A DNA stretch of 63,537 nucleotides, the filler included, from Octopus bimaculoides (lineage: Eukaryota), in NCBI RefSeq assembly GCF_001194135.2. It is 7 parts of 7 records of this genome, joined end to end, with 100 filler letters (N's around TTAATTAATTAA, not from the genome) between each part and the next. Parts side by side here need not be neighbours in the genome. Positions count along the whole stretch, not along the records: positions 37,780 to 52,202 come from NC_068993.1; 6 more parts are not named here. The stretch is one strand, 5' to 3'. Positions within the stretch are counted from its first letter, which is position 1. Every line of letters begins with the position of its first letter. Below are positions 37,680 to 52,302 of the stretch, piece by piece. The notes under the pieces are model-generated. The model was not told the DNA's origin. It saw nothing but the letters and a program-made list of their open reading frames with translations, and did not search any database. Both the position numbers and the translations under genes were made by a program.

Positions 37680-40635
37680 NNNNNNNNNNNNNNNNNNNNN
37701 NNNNNNNNNNNNNNNNNNNNNNNTTAATTAATTAANNNNNNNNNNNNNNNNNNNNNNNNNNNNNNNNNNNNNNNNNNNNCATAGACGAATACATGTAAAG
37801 ACACATTACACCCATCATAAAAAAATATCAAAAGCCCAAAAGACACTCTACTTTCTTCTGTATAAAAACACGCGTACATACATACATGTATGTGCATATA
37901 CCAATAATTATGCATATATATGAACGTATATATTTGTGTGCAACATTTACAGATATTTGTTTGTGATTATGAATTTACATATATACATATATGTTTATAT
38001 GGCGCATGAATTTGTACTCATATGGCATTTGTGTCCCCCCCCATGGTCCGCTCTTCTGGTAATGTTGTTGATACTCTGAATAGCACCAGCTATTATAAAC
38101 CAACATATTTATTAGACACAGAACTGTACGGCACTCATAGGCAATGCATGATGGCCTAACAGCAGAAGAAACACTTGACGGTTTTTTGTTTCTCTGAGGT
38201 GAAATATAAATGGATTGCTGTACGTTCACCAAAGTAAAGTTAAACATTTTCCTCGTTCTCAGCAGTAAAAGACGAGTGCTAGTTCAGTATACCGATCATA
38301 AGGGCAAGTTCACCTGTTTTTCGTACTGAATTAAGGATGCGAATAGTCCAAATAATTGTATCACTGTTCTAGACGTTCAGTAGAAAAAAGGAGTCCATTC
38401 AAGAAATGTTAGCAACGAAAGGAAGGCACGCAGAATAAAAGAATGAAAGGCAACCCTTTTCAGGAAAGAAATCCAGTTTTAGAAACAACACGCCCTTTCC
38501 TTGGAAACAATCCAGTACTAAGACGATGGAAGAAGAACGTTTTGGACTGCCAGTATGAACTGTGTTTTTTGAAAAAAATAGGTACTATAAAAATCAGCCC
38601 TGGTTTATTGTGTGTATTCACGCAGCAGAAATATTTTAAAGAAATAACAGTTTTGACAAAAATTAGCTGCTCTGTAGTTCTGATTTTTCAATTTTCATAT
38701 TCTTTTCTAACCATCTTAGTGTTGATACTACTCGATTAACTTTCTTGATAGGGTTAAAATTCCAGAATATATACTGGATAATTTTATATTTGCTAGGATT
38801 TGCATTTTATTTTCCAGCCGCCTTGTTCATGTACGGATTGAAAACGTTTCCGGTTATTAATGACCCGGAATATTTATGTGTTTGCCTGAATTATCTATGA
38901 CACTTTCGGAATGACATTGTGAGCTGTATTCAACAACAGACTGTGGTCAACTGTTTGCAGATTCTAGTGTATTATGGTATTACTTCCTTTATCGGTTGAA
39001 TGTAAACATGTCTCTGCTATTTATGGCATCCCATTTCGTAGATGGAACAAGCAGAACAAATGCATATATCATGTAGAAACGTTGTCGCATACGACTCACA
39101 AATAAGAGTTAGTCGTTCCTTGAAATCTTGTTTCCTACGATATTATGTCAAACAAGCAAGGCTTAAGTGTGCAATACCACAGCAGCTGTGAATTAAAGAC
39201 TTTCCGCTCTTATCCCATACTGCTGTTTGCAAATTTATTGCTTTAAATTTAACTGAAAAACCCCAGAAAGAAATTTTATTTAAGTCTGGGTTTAAATTCC
39301 CTGAATATGTTATTGTTTACAGCTGACATAACTTAATAAGATATAACAATTTGGACAAATATATTGCTTCAATTTGCTGTTGCTGCTGCACCAGGAGAAG
39401 CAGCAACCGCGGCAATAAGCAGCAGCAGATTAATGACGAAATTCACTAGGCAGCTGTTGCTTCAGACATTTATGTTATTATAATACCATGAAATTATTAC
39501 AACCTTCAAGAATCTACTCGTAGTGAATACATGTTACGCTCACACAGTTATTTCTCCCGCTGTAGCTTTCATTCATAGTTTTGTCGATCAGTAATAGTTC
39601 ATAATAGTTCATGCGTCTTTGCAGCACCCTTCCGCTCTTTATAAAACAGATTGCGTTTATCCATGTGTCTATTTATCGTCTTTGAGATGATTGCAGTAAA
39701 GGCTTTGTAAACTAGAGATAGGCACTTAGAGGTGCCTATTTGTCTACGTTACATAGTTTAACCAGAGATTTAGAATTTTAACCTTTCCAGCTAACTTTTA
39801 GTTGTTTGTTTAATTAGCATCTGCGCCGCTTTTTGTGATGATCTTATAACGGCCTCCCACAGTTGTTCAGTGATACATGTTGGAATACTCTTACACACTT
39901 CATCTTGAGGATACATTGGCTGTCTATATAGCTCTGAATGATTCTTCACCCTTCCTTGTAATTAATATTGCACATGTTTTTTTTTTATCTAATAAAACTG
40001 TTTTTGACTTCCCGTTGAGCTGTGAGTTTTCTTCAAAAACACTGTCGATTCTCAAGCGACTGGATCTTTTTGCGATTTAGTGTAGACGCCATTTAACAGG
40101 CGTTCTCTTATTTTGTGTACTGCTCTGTTTTGCAGTGTCATACAACACATTCCTTTCTCCATCTTATTTCGGTTGTGTCTGCGTAAAGTGGTTAGTCTCT
40201 TACTGTCCAGTACAATGATTTGACAAGAGTTAATTAGCCATAAATTTATAAGTGGCTTACAGCTTTGGACAAAATGCTTTCCGGTTCTTTAGATTTTGAA
40301 TGCAAATCCCACTGAAGTTAAATCAGCTTTTCGTCTCTCCGAGGAAGATAAAATAATCTAAAATAAATAAGGTGCCGGGTTTGATGCCATCGATAAACGA
40401 CACGCCAAAAAATTGCTGTCCTTGTGCTTAAATTAGAAAGAATAATTAAGGTTCATGAGCTGGCAGCTTTGATAGAGAGTCGGAAAATGTTTTGCAGCAG
40501 CTATTGATATTTTTGACATTGTGACATCCACCAATTCCACCAGGGTAAAGTCTCCCTATCCGCTATTGATAAAGTAAGATATTGGCATCGATGTTATTAT
40601 CAGCTTACCCCCACCCCCCAGCAATACTAACTCGT

Positions 40636-40800
40636 TCCCGGTGAGATGAAAGAATCGTGATCTCACCGGGCAAATTGTTTAACGGTATTTCGTCTCTCTG
40701 TTTAGGCTGAGTTCAAATTCCACCCCCGTTGACTTCGCTTTTCATCCATTCGAGGTCGATGAAATAAGTAGCAACTGACCACTAAGGTCGATGTACCCGA
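40636..40800 (+). mobile_element. SINE family A, degenerate copy
   Basis: CGGTATTTCGTCT..GCTGAGTTCAAATTCC..TTTTCATCCATTCGAGGTCGATGAAATAAGTAG. Confidence 0.7.
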
Positions 40801-40835
40801 CATTTCTTGCCTTTTACTAAAATATGCAACTGTTT

Positions 40836-41202
40836 TTATTCTTATTATTTGGTTTCATTCAGGTTCGTTCATATTCCTGGTAGCATCTATGTGTGTAGCG
40901 GGTTATTACATGTAACCTCAGGTGTACACAAGTTTTCAGTAGACTTTCAAGTGCTTAGAAACCTACTGATAATCCTTCCTGTCCTTAAGAGACAAACTTT
41001 CTGGAGGAGCTCTACAGGGCATTCTATTCCAATATCCTTCAGCCATATGTCTATACCTTTGCTTACTGTTCCCAACGCACCAAAATATTATAGGAACGAC
41101 CTTAAGAGTCTTCATACACCAAATTCTTCCAATTTCAAACTTTAAGGAATAGTATTTTTAAAAAAATGTTGTCCTCATTCAGGAATCAAACAGGCATGAT
41201 GG
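40836..41202 (-). mobile_element. 5'-truncated R4/Dong-clade LINE 3' end
   Basis: Minus strand: CLFD..KYYSLKFEIGRIWCMKTLKVVPII(fs)GALGTVSKGIDIWLKDIGIECPVELLQKVCLLRTGRIISRFLST*, stop at 40947-40949. Degenerate AAT tail; 5' end abuts the (ATT)n array. Confidence 0.8.

Positions 41203-41290
<88 letters not shown>
41203..41290. repeat. (ATT)n microsatellite running into a gap
   Basis: Read directly. Confidence 0.95.
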
Positions 41291-41682
41291 NNNNNNNNNN
41301 NNNNNNNNNNNNNNNNNNNNNNNNNNNNNNNNNNNNNNNNNNNNNNNNNNNNNNNNNNNNNNNNNNNNNNNNNNNNNNNNNNNNNNNNNNNNNNNNNNNN
41401 NNNNNNNNNNNNNNNNNNNNNNNNNNNNNNNNNNNNNNNNNNNNNNNNNNNNNNNNNNNNNNNNNNNNNNNNNNNNNNNNNNNNNNNNNNNNNNNNNNNN
41501 NNNNNNNNNNNNNNNNNNNNNNNNNNNNNNNNNNNNNNNNNNNNNNNNNNNNNNNNNNNNNNNNNNNNNNNNNNNNNNNNNNNNNNNNNNNATATATATA
41601 TATATATATATAACATATACGTATATATGTATGTATGAGTATATATGTGTGTGTATATGTGTGTGTATGTGTCTTTGTGTCC

Positions 41683-41880
41683 GTGCTTGTCCCCCACCAC
41701 AGCTCGAGAAGCGATGTTGGTGTGTCAGCCCTCCCCCGTTACGTGGCGTTTCGGCAAAAATGTTTAAATACCAAGCTTAAGGTAAAAAGAATTACTAGGA
41801 TGGATACATTCGCCTAAAGGTTCTTCAGCACATTGCCCCAGCATGGCCACAGTCTAATGACCGAAATATTAAAATATAAA
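41683..41880 (+). mobile_element. SINE family B, 3' half, diverged
   Basis: GTGCTTGTCCCCCACC..TGTTGGTGTGT..GTTTCGGCAAAAA..CCCCAGCATGGCCACAGTCTAATGACCGAAA. Confidence 0.65.
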
Positions 41881-42410
41881 AGATTAATGATAAGAATTGA
41901 GGGATGGTTTAGTTTCATTTTTTTCGAAATAGTTTGTCATCTTGCTGCGACTCGTTATCTTATAACACCTCCTAATATCTGTCTGAAATTTGTGTTAATA
42001 TCCTGGCCTTTTGATCTTCTTCAAAGTGTCCTCGGATCTGCTTCCCGATTAGAAATTCACCTTCAAAGTACTTGCGTATTTTCTCCAAGTATTCAAATAA
42101 TTTTGACTGGGGTTTCACATAGATGTGAAATATACCAAAGATGTGCTGGGCTATCTTTTAAAGATAAGTTATTTTTTAGGTGAAGGTATCTCTGCTTCAT
42201 GGGTGGTATATATCTAATCTCTGATTTTGTTACGTATCATTGTCGCTTTCAAAATGTCTACTGGGCCTACAACATCATCACAAGACGAGTTGCAAAGATA
42301 ATGCTGGGCGCAGGTATATGGAAATCGCTTAGTATTTCCTGTTGCAAGAGTTACCGAAATTTCTAAGCTTAAATAGAAGTATGCTTGCATGTATGTTTCA
42401 ATGGATAGAC

Positions 42411-42441
<31 letters not shown>

Positions 42442-42785
42442 TGTATGTATGTATGTATGTATGCATGTAGGTCTATATATATCTGAAGGTATATATNNNN
42501 NNNNNNNNNNNNNNNNNNNNNNNNNNNNNNNNNNNNNNNNNNNNNNNNNNNNNNNNNNNNNNNNNNNNNNNNNNNNNNNNNNNNNNNNNNNNNNNNNNNN
42601 NNNNNNNNNNNNNNNNNNNNNNNNNNNNNNNNNNNNNNNNNNNNNNNNNNNNNNNNNNNNNNNNNNNNNNNNNNNNNNNNNNNNNNNNNNNNNNNNNNNN
42701 NNNNNNNNNNNNNNNNNNNNNNNNNNNNNNNNNNNNNNNNNNNNNNNNNNNNNNNNNNNNNNNNNNNNNNNNNNNNNNNNNNNNN

Positions 42786-42821
<36 letters not shown>

Positions 42822-44859
42822 ATCTCTGTGTGTATGTATGCATGTATATATTACATTCACATATTTATATAATAATTGAGATGTTAAGTAACACTAGCTG
42901 GTGATTGGAACATTATATGTTTCCGTCTATGGCGTTCACATCTCACCAAATACTAACAGAATATGATAAACGGACAATGTTAGTTATTAAATATACGATG
43001 GTGTTTTCAATGCTTTTGGGGTTCCATTTGACTGGTTATTCTATTTCCTGTGTTTTCCTTTTTATTGTTGTGGTACTGTATTATATTAACTATTTTTTTC
43101 TTTTGTGTGTTTTGTTATGTTATTGATTTTTTTTCTTTATGCAGTGTTTTGATTTGTCTATTTCTTTCATTTCGAACATGTAGATGTTTTTTTTTGTTTT
43201 TTTTTTGTCCAGACATCCTTGAAATGTCAAATTTATATAATACACGTTGAGTAAATCGTCTCATGACCTACCTATGTATTTCTGTATCTATCTAGATAAT
43301 TGTTAGTTTAACATGAGATTATCTCCATACACACGGACACCTTCAAACGCTGAGTCCTACACTCATATATACACACATAAAAACTCACCTCCACCCCGCA
43401 CCAAATGAACAAATACGTACGCATTCACATCTCTCTCACATATATATTTGCATCTGTGTATGTATATACGTATACCTCTATGTATATGTCTGTGTCTATG
43501 TGTATGTTTTTGTGTGAACATATACATATATAAGTCCGTGTGTCTGTATAGGAATGCATGTAAGTGGTTTTGCATATCTGTATGTTTGTCTGTATTGATA
43601 TATGATATATAAATAATCCTATATGATATATATATATATACATACAAACATACACTTATATGTACATGTGTGTACATATACATATATGTATACACATACT
43701 TATATAAGAAAAAATATATATATGTATATATGAGTGTGTGTTTGTGTGTGTGTTTATGTGTGTGTGTCTGTGTGTTTGTATGTGTGTGTGTGTCTGTGTG
43801 TATGCGTGTATGTGTGCGAATGTATCGTGGCTTCAGCACTGTAAGTCTGTTTATATTTCATACATGATAATGGTCAGCAGACGTTTGCTACTTCAGTATA
43901 TACACATAGATTACATTATGTTGTATTAAATCAACATCTTAGGAGTTCATCGGAAACTATTGGCCAGATTCTAATTTTGTTTACGCATTATTTCTTGTCT
44001 CTCATGCCAATCTGTTTAAATTCGAATTTCTTTCCCAGCGTCGTCTGTGGCAATGCAAATATGTCTTCTGTACTAGAGTTTATAGACTTTTTCATATTGG
44101 TATAAACACAGGCAGACACAAACGTACGTATATCCGTATATAGAGATAAATATGATAGACACAGAAACACACGCACATATATACATATATGTGTGTGCAT
44201 GTATATATATATATATATATATNNNNNNNNNNNNNNNNNNNNNNNNNNNNNNNNNNNNNNNNNNNNNNNNNNNNNNNNNNNNNNNNNNNNNNNNNNNNNN
44301 NNNNNNNNNNNNNNNNNNNNNNNNNNNNNNNNNNNNNNNNNNNNNNNNNNNNNNNNNNNNNNNNNNNNNNNNNNNNNNNNNNNNNNNNNNNNNNNNNNNN
44401 NNNNNNNNNNNNNNNNNNNNNNNNNNNNNNNNNNNNNNNNNNNNNNNNNNNNNNNNNNNNNNNNNNNNNNNNNNNNNNNNNNNNNNNNNNNNNNNNNNNN
44501 NNNNNNNNNNNNNNNNNNNNNNNNNNNNNNNNNNNNNNNNNNNNNNNNNNNNNNNNNNNNNNNNNNNNNNNNNNNNNNNNNNNNNNNNNNNNNNNNNNNN
44601 NNNNNNNNNNNNNNNNNNNNNNNNNNNNNNNNNNNNNNNNNNNNNNNNNNNNNNNNNNNNNNNNNNNNNNNNNNNNNNNNNNNNNNNNNNNNNNNNNNNN
44701 NNNNNNNNNNNNNNNNNNNNNNNNNNNNNNNNNNNNNNNNNNNNNNNNNNNNNNNNNNNNNNNNNNNNNNNNNNNNNNNNNNNNNNNNNNNNNNNNNNNN
44801 NNNNNNNNNNNNNNNNNNNNNNNNNNNNNNNNNNNNNNNNNNNNNNNNNNNNNNNNNNN

Positions 44860-44937
<78 letters not shown>

Positions 44938-45429
44938 CCTTGAGGAATAAATACTTTTTTTTTTGATGGCTCGATAACTGAAGTCATGCCGGCGTGGAAA
45001 TCCACCCGGAGTTTTATCATGGCTGCTGAATAATAATACCACAACTCAGTGGTCGGGAAGGAAGCTCCTTACCACACATAATAAACTGGACTTGTGCCAA
45101 ATGTTGAACCTTATATACATACAAACTTGCATATATACATAGATATACATACCCAGATATATACATACCTTATTCGTTCTGGAATATAGATTCAGTTTTG
45201 TAACCATACTCAGTCTTTGCAATGTTCCCAGCAAGAATGCATGATATATGTTAAATTTGAATATTTTTCCGTATACTAAACGCTGAACTTAGAGATTATG
45301 TTCTCTGCTTTATGATCAGTCCTTTTATAAATTGTAACGTGTAGTGTTCCTAATATAACCAAGCGTGATACAACGTTTCGGTATATAATTAAAATTTAAT
45401 AGTCTAGGTATAAGGCCTACTCATTCTGA

Positions 45430-46050
45430 ATCAGTTGACCATTGATGTTGTCCTTCTCATTGGCTTACTAAAAGATGTTCAGAACCGCAGTGATATTGTC
45501 TGTTTTGTTTTCTTGCTGGAACTGTTCATAGGAACGATCCAGCAATATTGCTTGACGCTATGTATGTATATACATTCAATGATTGTTTTTATCGCAGGGC
45601 TGGATTTTCTGCCGATGGCTTTATATCTTGCTGTACCAGTAACAAAATATCGCAGTGGGTGTAGTACTACGGTGATATTATTGGGAAACTGCTGATAAAG
45701 CCTGTTATATCATCCACAGAAGAACGGCATAATCGACATTTACGGTTGTATATCGGGTGTTTTAGAGCTTTATTGTTTCGTTTGTTCTTCAGTTAATTCC
45801 ACACTATCTCCTAATGGATAGCAGAAAAATATCCTTTGTGATGTGACGTGATGAGCGATAACTATTTCAAGAGTTGCTACACTTATGTTAATATTATCGT
45901 GATTCTCATTCCTTAGCAAACAACCTTATTCATAGCTTTTTTTTTTAACGGTCTTTGCGGTGGTTAGCTAGTTCTGCTATTCTATGTTCCAATGCAAAGT
46001 CACGAGCGATGAAGCGATTCTCGAAGAGTACACTGCCCACCAGCGATATG
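45430..46050 (-). mobile_element. Possible Helitron PIF1-like helicase relic
   Basis: Minus strand: LTEEQ (45782-45796), PLRYFVTGTA (45629-45658; P-loop entry like PLRLFVTGGAGTGKS), IKTIIEC, and SMVN near 45435. Correct order, but many frameshifts. Confidence 0.45.
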
Positions 46051-46949
46051 CTATTCATTTCATTTCTTAAGACTTTGTCGATGTATATATATTTTGAATC
46101 AGTTATTTAGCAGATGCTAAACGGAAAGATACCACATAGTTGACAACTGCTGGCTGCATGGAACTGTTATTGTATAACACTAGTCTACAAGGTTTCTGGC
46201 GTCCAAATATAAGCTTTTTTTAGTTTTTAAGTTACTGACCCCAATGATCACAAACAAAAAAGCCAAAATTTACGAGACCTTACAAACAAGAACACACACG
46301 AAAATTCAACAAAAACAAACGAAAAGAACCCAAAATAAAAAAAAACACAAACAACTAGGGTGACTTCATCAAGCAAAGTGAAAAAGAAAAACTTTGATAA
46401 TTTATGTTAGTTTAAAAACAAACTGTTCAATAATGTTGCCTGGGTCATGAGACTCGGGTGACCATCATCTCATCTTTGCATTTATTAATCATACAATTTC
46501 TCATTCTATTTTATCTTGTTTTCGCCCCCCATCCTGTAATGTCCAGTATCGTCCCCACTTTGTTCAGTCCCTTGTGGATAATTAAAAAAAAGACAGTCAG
46601 AGTACGCAGAAGGTGTCAGAGATAGTCGTGTCTTTATTGGTTTTACTAAGTATACCGAAGTGGACGTTATAATAGTCCAGCATAATAAGGATTATAGCAG
46701 TGGCCACGAGAGTTATAACAGATACAAGTAAAATTATAGACCATGTCTTGATGAGATTTTGAATGGCAGCAGCTAGGGACGCTGGTACCTTTTGCGAGCC
46801 ATGGTTACCTAGCTCGCCATGAGTGAGGAATGATTGAAACCTTACTATCAGAATTCTGTCCGGCATTTCATCGGTAACATTATTAAAATATAATTGCATT
46901 CCCACACACCTCACTTTACACCTGACAGTTCATCATTATATTCACAATA

Positions 46950-47877
46950 GTCTTCCAGCAATTGGGCGGGTATAGTTTATATATAAAATTAAGACAGGTT
47001 TGTAGCCAAGAAAGTAATCAATGTAAAGGCATTGATTTCTTCCTTGGCTACAAGAATTTTTCGTTCTATGTCGTGTCAATTTGGCATGTCAATATGGCCT
47101 TCCATATTTCCCTGAAATATATATATTACTGGCTTTCTATAAAATAGAAGTCAACATATAGTATACTACTAATCAACTATGAGGTGCCTTCCTCGTAACT
47201 TGCCATGTCGTAGCATTCTCTCAGCTGCTGGGTACATTCCAGCTTCGATCGCATACATTTTACTATTGATGTTTGAACAATATTTATTGTGTCTAGTAGT
47301 GTTGCATTAAGATTAAGATATTTCTTACCAATCCAGTTGTAAGATATTCTTACGAAAGCTTGCTGTTCATTAGGCTATTTTATTTATTTCATCCTCCTGT
47401 ACAATGCAGGATTGGAGCGAATATGTAGCGTTCTGATATTTAGGTTTCGATCGCGACATTTGTTTTCTTTTTAAATTTTCGACTAAGATATAGAGTACAA
47501 ACTCCATATATTTCTTCTAGTTTTCCAACAGATATATGTACTGCGAATTTGTTAAACTCCAACACAATACAATATGTTTCTCTGAGGTTATAGTGTATAT
47601 TAGAAGGATTCTAACTTGCGTCATTTGCAACCTACGTATGTATGTATTTGTATGAGTGAGACTGCGTATATGTGGGATTGTGTGTGTGAGATTGTGTAGG
47701 TGTGTGTAGTATAGAGCGTGCTTTGATGTCGTTCATCTTTCCGTGTAAATCTTGTAAATGTATAGAGTAATGAAGACTGCAATGTGTGTGGGAGTGTTTC
47801 TAACAACATCTATAAGTAATAAGCTTTCTACGTACCCAGAAATATGTATGTACGCACACACACATAGAAACACAGAG

Positions 47878-47926
<49 letters not shown>

Positions 47927-49150
47927 ATGACACTCATACATACACACACACATACACACACACACAATCACAGACACACACATATATATGTGAAGATTAC
48001 ATTGACACTTTGCCACTTATATGGTTTATAGTTGAAACTTCCCTCGCACATACAATACAACATATTCAATATTCTATCGATAGCAATGAATATATAAGAC
48101 GGGTGAGCAATATATTTATTTGAGAAAGTTACAAGTAAATAAATTTCGCTAGTCATATCTCTGTCTCTAAATGTTGAATTTAATTCTTCACTGCTAATGT
48201 TTCTTATACGCGTATACCAATTATTACCAATTGGATTTATACCTGATATTCTGCTGTTACCAATGAATTTAATGTAGTAAGACCAATATAATATATAATT
48301 GGCTGACGACACGTCTACCCATTACTTTCATGTTGAAGTTTAATGTTTGCCTCTAAATTATTTGATATCACAATGTCGAGTACCATAACTGTATACGTAT
48401 TTAAGCTGAGCATATTTTCCGGCGTCTTCTTGCTTCTAACATGATTTCTGGTCTTTCATACAAAATTGTTTCAGTCTACTGTATGTATAGAATTATGTCA
48501 AATTAGTAACTTTACATTTTTAATCTTAATCAGCTTTTCCACCAAGTAATATTGAAATTTATGATGAATGGGTCTACACTTTGTTCTTGCGTCAGTTCAT
48601 GACGGACTTCCATCTTCATATTAGTTTATAATATATTAAGAAAGAAAAAACACTCAGACATCAATAACATAGTACTTTATTTATTGCATGTAGGAACTGT
48701 GTTACTGCAAGACATACATCTAGATCTTTAGAACTGATTTGATTTTGGTGTATGTATCGGAATCCTTAGGTTGCTTTCAGAAGTAGGAAGTGAATAAGTA
48801 ACTAGATATATTCATGTAATATGATACTTGAGATTGATTTGGATATTAAATCATTGTGTTCGATAATTAGGATTTATTTTTTAATGTCACGTTGTATGAG
48901 AGGAATTATAATTGTGTAGATCGATCACAGTTAGCATGCTTGGTTTTAAAATCACGATCCATTAAAATATGATAGACCAATTCAGGCTTTCATTCGTATT
49001 TGGATTCAATAGATTTAACACTCGATTTCTGAGCAAATCTTAATCTTTCTTTCTTGATATTGTTTACTGCAAATCAACAGCACAAGTTCTGTAGCGAGGA
49101 AGATCGATACATTCGATGTCATTCATATTCATGGATATTCGAAAACGTTA
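46950..49150 (-). mobile_element. Very old RTE-type LINE relic, interrupted by microsatellites at ~47620-48000
   Basis: Minus-strand remnants IIPL..DIKK / NYRT (RT domain 0-1) near 48860-48910, RIRNIS near 48200 and FQGNMEG near 47100, in the expected order. Confidence 0.4.
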
Positions 49151-49884
49151 ACCACATTGGAATTTGAATGTAAAAAGAAAGAAATAGCAATGCAATACTA
49201 ATACTTCTTGTACTTTACTGCCCTCATTAAAAGCCAATATTAATTTAGTCTTAGGTATAAAATCTGAATTTCAGTCGAGTACTCAGGTTCACCAACAATG
49301 TTATTGACATACGTGAAGTAATGTAGTATAATTTAAAAGTAAAAGAAACTGTTTAGGTATAAAAGTAACGACGTTTATTGATTCGGTGATCTATGTTCGT
49401 TTAGACATATGGTAGACGTATAAAATACCTTGTAACAACAACATTTTACATTTTTACTTTTTGCAGCGAAAATATATTGCTGGCAATGGAATCGTCACCT
49501 CACGTTATAATTCTCCATAACGTATAAATAATGTAAATGTGTGTTCCATATAGACGTTTCCTAGAATAAGGAAATTTCTGGAGAAAATATATTTACAAAT
49601 GGTTGTAGGTTTTTTGAGGTTGTTGGTTCCTTTCGTGCGTAGTACTTAGGGGTGAGACAATAGCTCGAAGGTACTCCCACGTGCGTGTAATATGTTCATT
49701 TGTACATATTGGTTTCTTTTTCAATACGTGCTTTACGTGTGTAGCTAAAATAGAGTGTTTAACTGTTATTGATTTAGGAATCGACATAGTGTCGAGTAAA
49801 CATAAACATAATCTTGAAACTTGAAACTATAGAACATGGAGTATGTGATATCTAAAATGAGGAAGGCATGCACGTAGAAATATA

Positions 49885-50077
49885 ATAATAATCCTTTCTA
49901 CCAAAGGTACAAGTCCCGAAATTTGTTGAAATGTGTCTAGTTAATTACATCAACCACAGTGTTTCATGGGCCTTAATTTATCGACCCTGAAAGAATGAAA
50001 GGCAAAGTGGACCTCGGCAGGATTTGAGCTCAGCATTTGTGCCTGGTGTGCTAACGATTCTGCCAGCTCGCTGCCTT
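49885..50077 (-). mobile_element. SINE family A copy with (AAT)n at the tail junction
   Basis: AATAATAATCCTTTCTACC..TTTATCGACCCTGAAAGAATGAAAGGCAAAGTGGACCTCGGC..GCTAACGATTCTGCCAGCTCGCTGCCTT. Confidence 0.85.
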
Positions 50078-50321
50078 ACATGGAAATATAATAAGACACA
50101 GAAATATTAGGTTGAAAACATCGTTCGGATATAAGATTTCGAAGGCTACCATAGGACCCGAACCCATGTCACCAACAGACATGACAGGCATGCTACCATC
50201 AGACAAATTCAATCATGCAAATTTCGATGTCCATTTCTGAAACTTTAATCATCGTACCAACAAGAAATGTATGTTATTGAGATCATAAGAATTTTAGACA
50301 CTTGTAAATGAGTGTTTCACA

Positions 50322-50379
<58 letters not shown>

Positions 50380-51151
50380 TGTTATGAGATGTGAGTGAAA
50401 ATGACAAAAGCATAAACACAAAATGAAAAATAGCTTTAGAAATAATGCATTGATAGTTACTCATACAGGTACGAAGTTGGTATAGAATGTACATTTAAGT
50501 TTCGATTTCTTCACGCATGAGTGGTTCCACCTACGTATTTTTTTCTTTTCTTACTACAGAATATGGTCACAAAACATTTTTCCCACAGAGATAAAAAAAT
50601 TGTCTCTGAATTTCACATCTTCAAAGATTTCCATGATAATAATTGTATATGTCTAATGATATTGCGTTCCAAAATCCAGTAATTACTAAACTCATTATTA
50701 TAAAAATTTCACTGTCCTTAAAATTTGACATCCATTAACAAAATGACTTCCTAGAAACGTTCACTTTCCATTTCAAATTTATCAGCCAAATTATTATTAT
50801 TATTATTATTATTATTATGAATATGGTCACATTGAAAACACATTAAATGCATTTACACTTATTCTATGTAGAATTTGATGTATTTAATCGTTCATGTGCC
50901 CAAATAATTGGATGTAATCTATGACATTTTCTTTCAGAATGTTGCAAGGAAATACGAAGTGCTATGCCTAGTTTTTAACACAACTTCAAACAGCAGTCAT
51001 CGAAACTGAAGCTTCTTGTGAGTTCGCTAATTACTGATCAAACAGAAATGTCATCTTTTCATTTTCCTTCACTTACTGATCAAATGTTGCGCCTCAAGAA
51101 TTTTCACATTCCATTCTAAATCATATACATAAATACATATACATACATATA

Positions 51152-51237
<86 letters not shown>

Positions 51238-52302
51238 CCTAATGTTTGAGTGATGGTAAGAAAGTAACCAATAGTTGAATGCAAGTCATTTGTACGGACA
51301 TAAATGCATACACACGTACACACACACACATACACGCACACCCACACACAGATACACAGACACACACACATGTCATTCTTCAGTTTTAATTCGAGATTTC
51401 TTTCCAAGTGGGGTGTCCGTGTCTAACCTAGATCCAAGCGTCATCCTTTAAACTTAAACATAAGGCGTATGTATGTATATATATTTATGTATATAAGGCG
51501 GTAGAAACAGAATAGAATTAGATGCTCATATATAAAAGAATGTCAGAAAGAAGCTCAGCCATGTGTATGTCAACAGGCGGCCACACAAGTACATATATAT
51601 CCGTTTACTGATTTCAGTCTATTATATGTTAAGCAAATATACATACATGCCATGTCTGTCTCAGGATATACATTTATATATACACGTGAGTGCATGCATG
51701 TGTGTGTGTGTTTGTGTGTTAACGTGTGCTCATTTGTGCGTACGCTTGTGTATGTAGAAGTACAATCTGAAGGATTAACGCATGATCTCACCCAAAGTAT
51801 ACGTTAGTGCCCTGCTGCCTGTATCGAAAATCAATCATTTATTATTTGAAGTCAGATCATACTCGGTCTGACATTTTTTTGTGTGAAACAATACAAAAAA
51901 AGCTTGATATACATTGAGCTTTGAGCTTGATATAGGCAGGTGACAAAAGGTTGTTTTCTGCGATTTCTTGCATACGATACATTTTTTTTCTGTCAGTAAA
52001 TTTCACTTGCTTGGAATCAGGGGATGAGAATCAAACCTGTTAATATTTTCCTCTTTAATATTCATATCCACACTTTCCATGGACTGCATACAATAATTCA
52101 AATAGTATTTCTTACTTTCAGACTTTTTCCTTTCTCCTTCTGTCCTTTACCTCATATGTATCCAAGCATCTGTGTGGGTGTATATATATATATATATATA
52201 TANNNNNNNNNNNNNNNNNNNNNNNNNNNNNNNNNNNNNNNNNNNNTTAATTAATTAANNNNNNNNNNNNNNNNNNNNNNNNNNNNNNNNNNNNNNNNNN
52301 NN

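Noticed and set aside
41900-42360. Faint transposase-like words (FEYL..EG.F.IG.QIR on minus; LLGLQ on plus)
   Set aside because: The motifs lie on opposite strands and cannot be assembled into one coherent frame.
46597-46914. 105-aa minus-strand ORF with a TM-like segment and downstream AATAAA, as a host terminal exon
   Set aside because: Weak acceptor, no recognisable family, and nucleotide similarity to 22.2 kb suggests a repeat.
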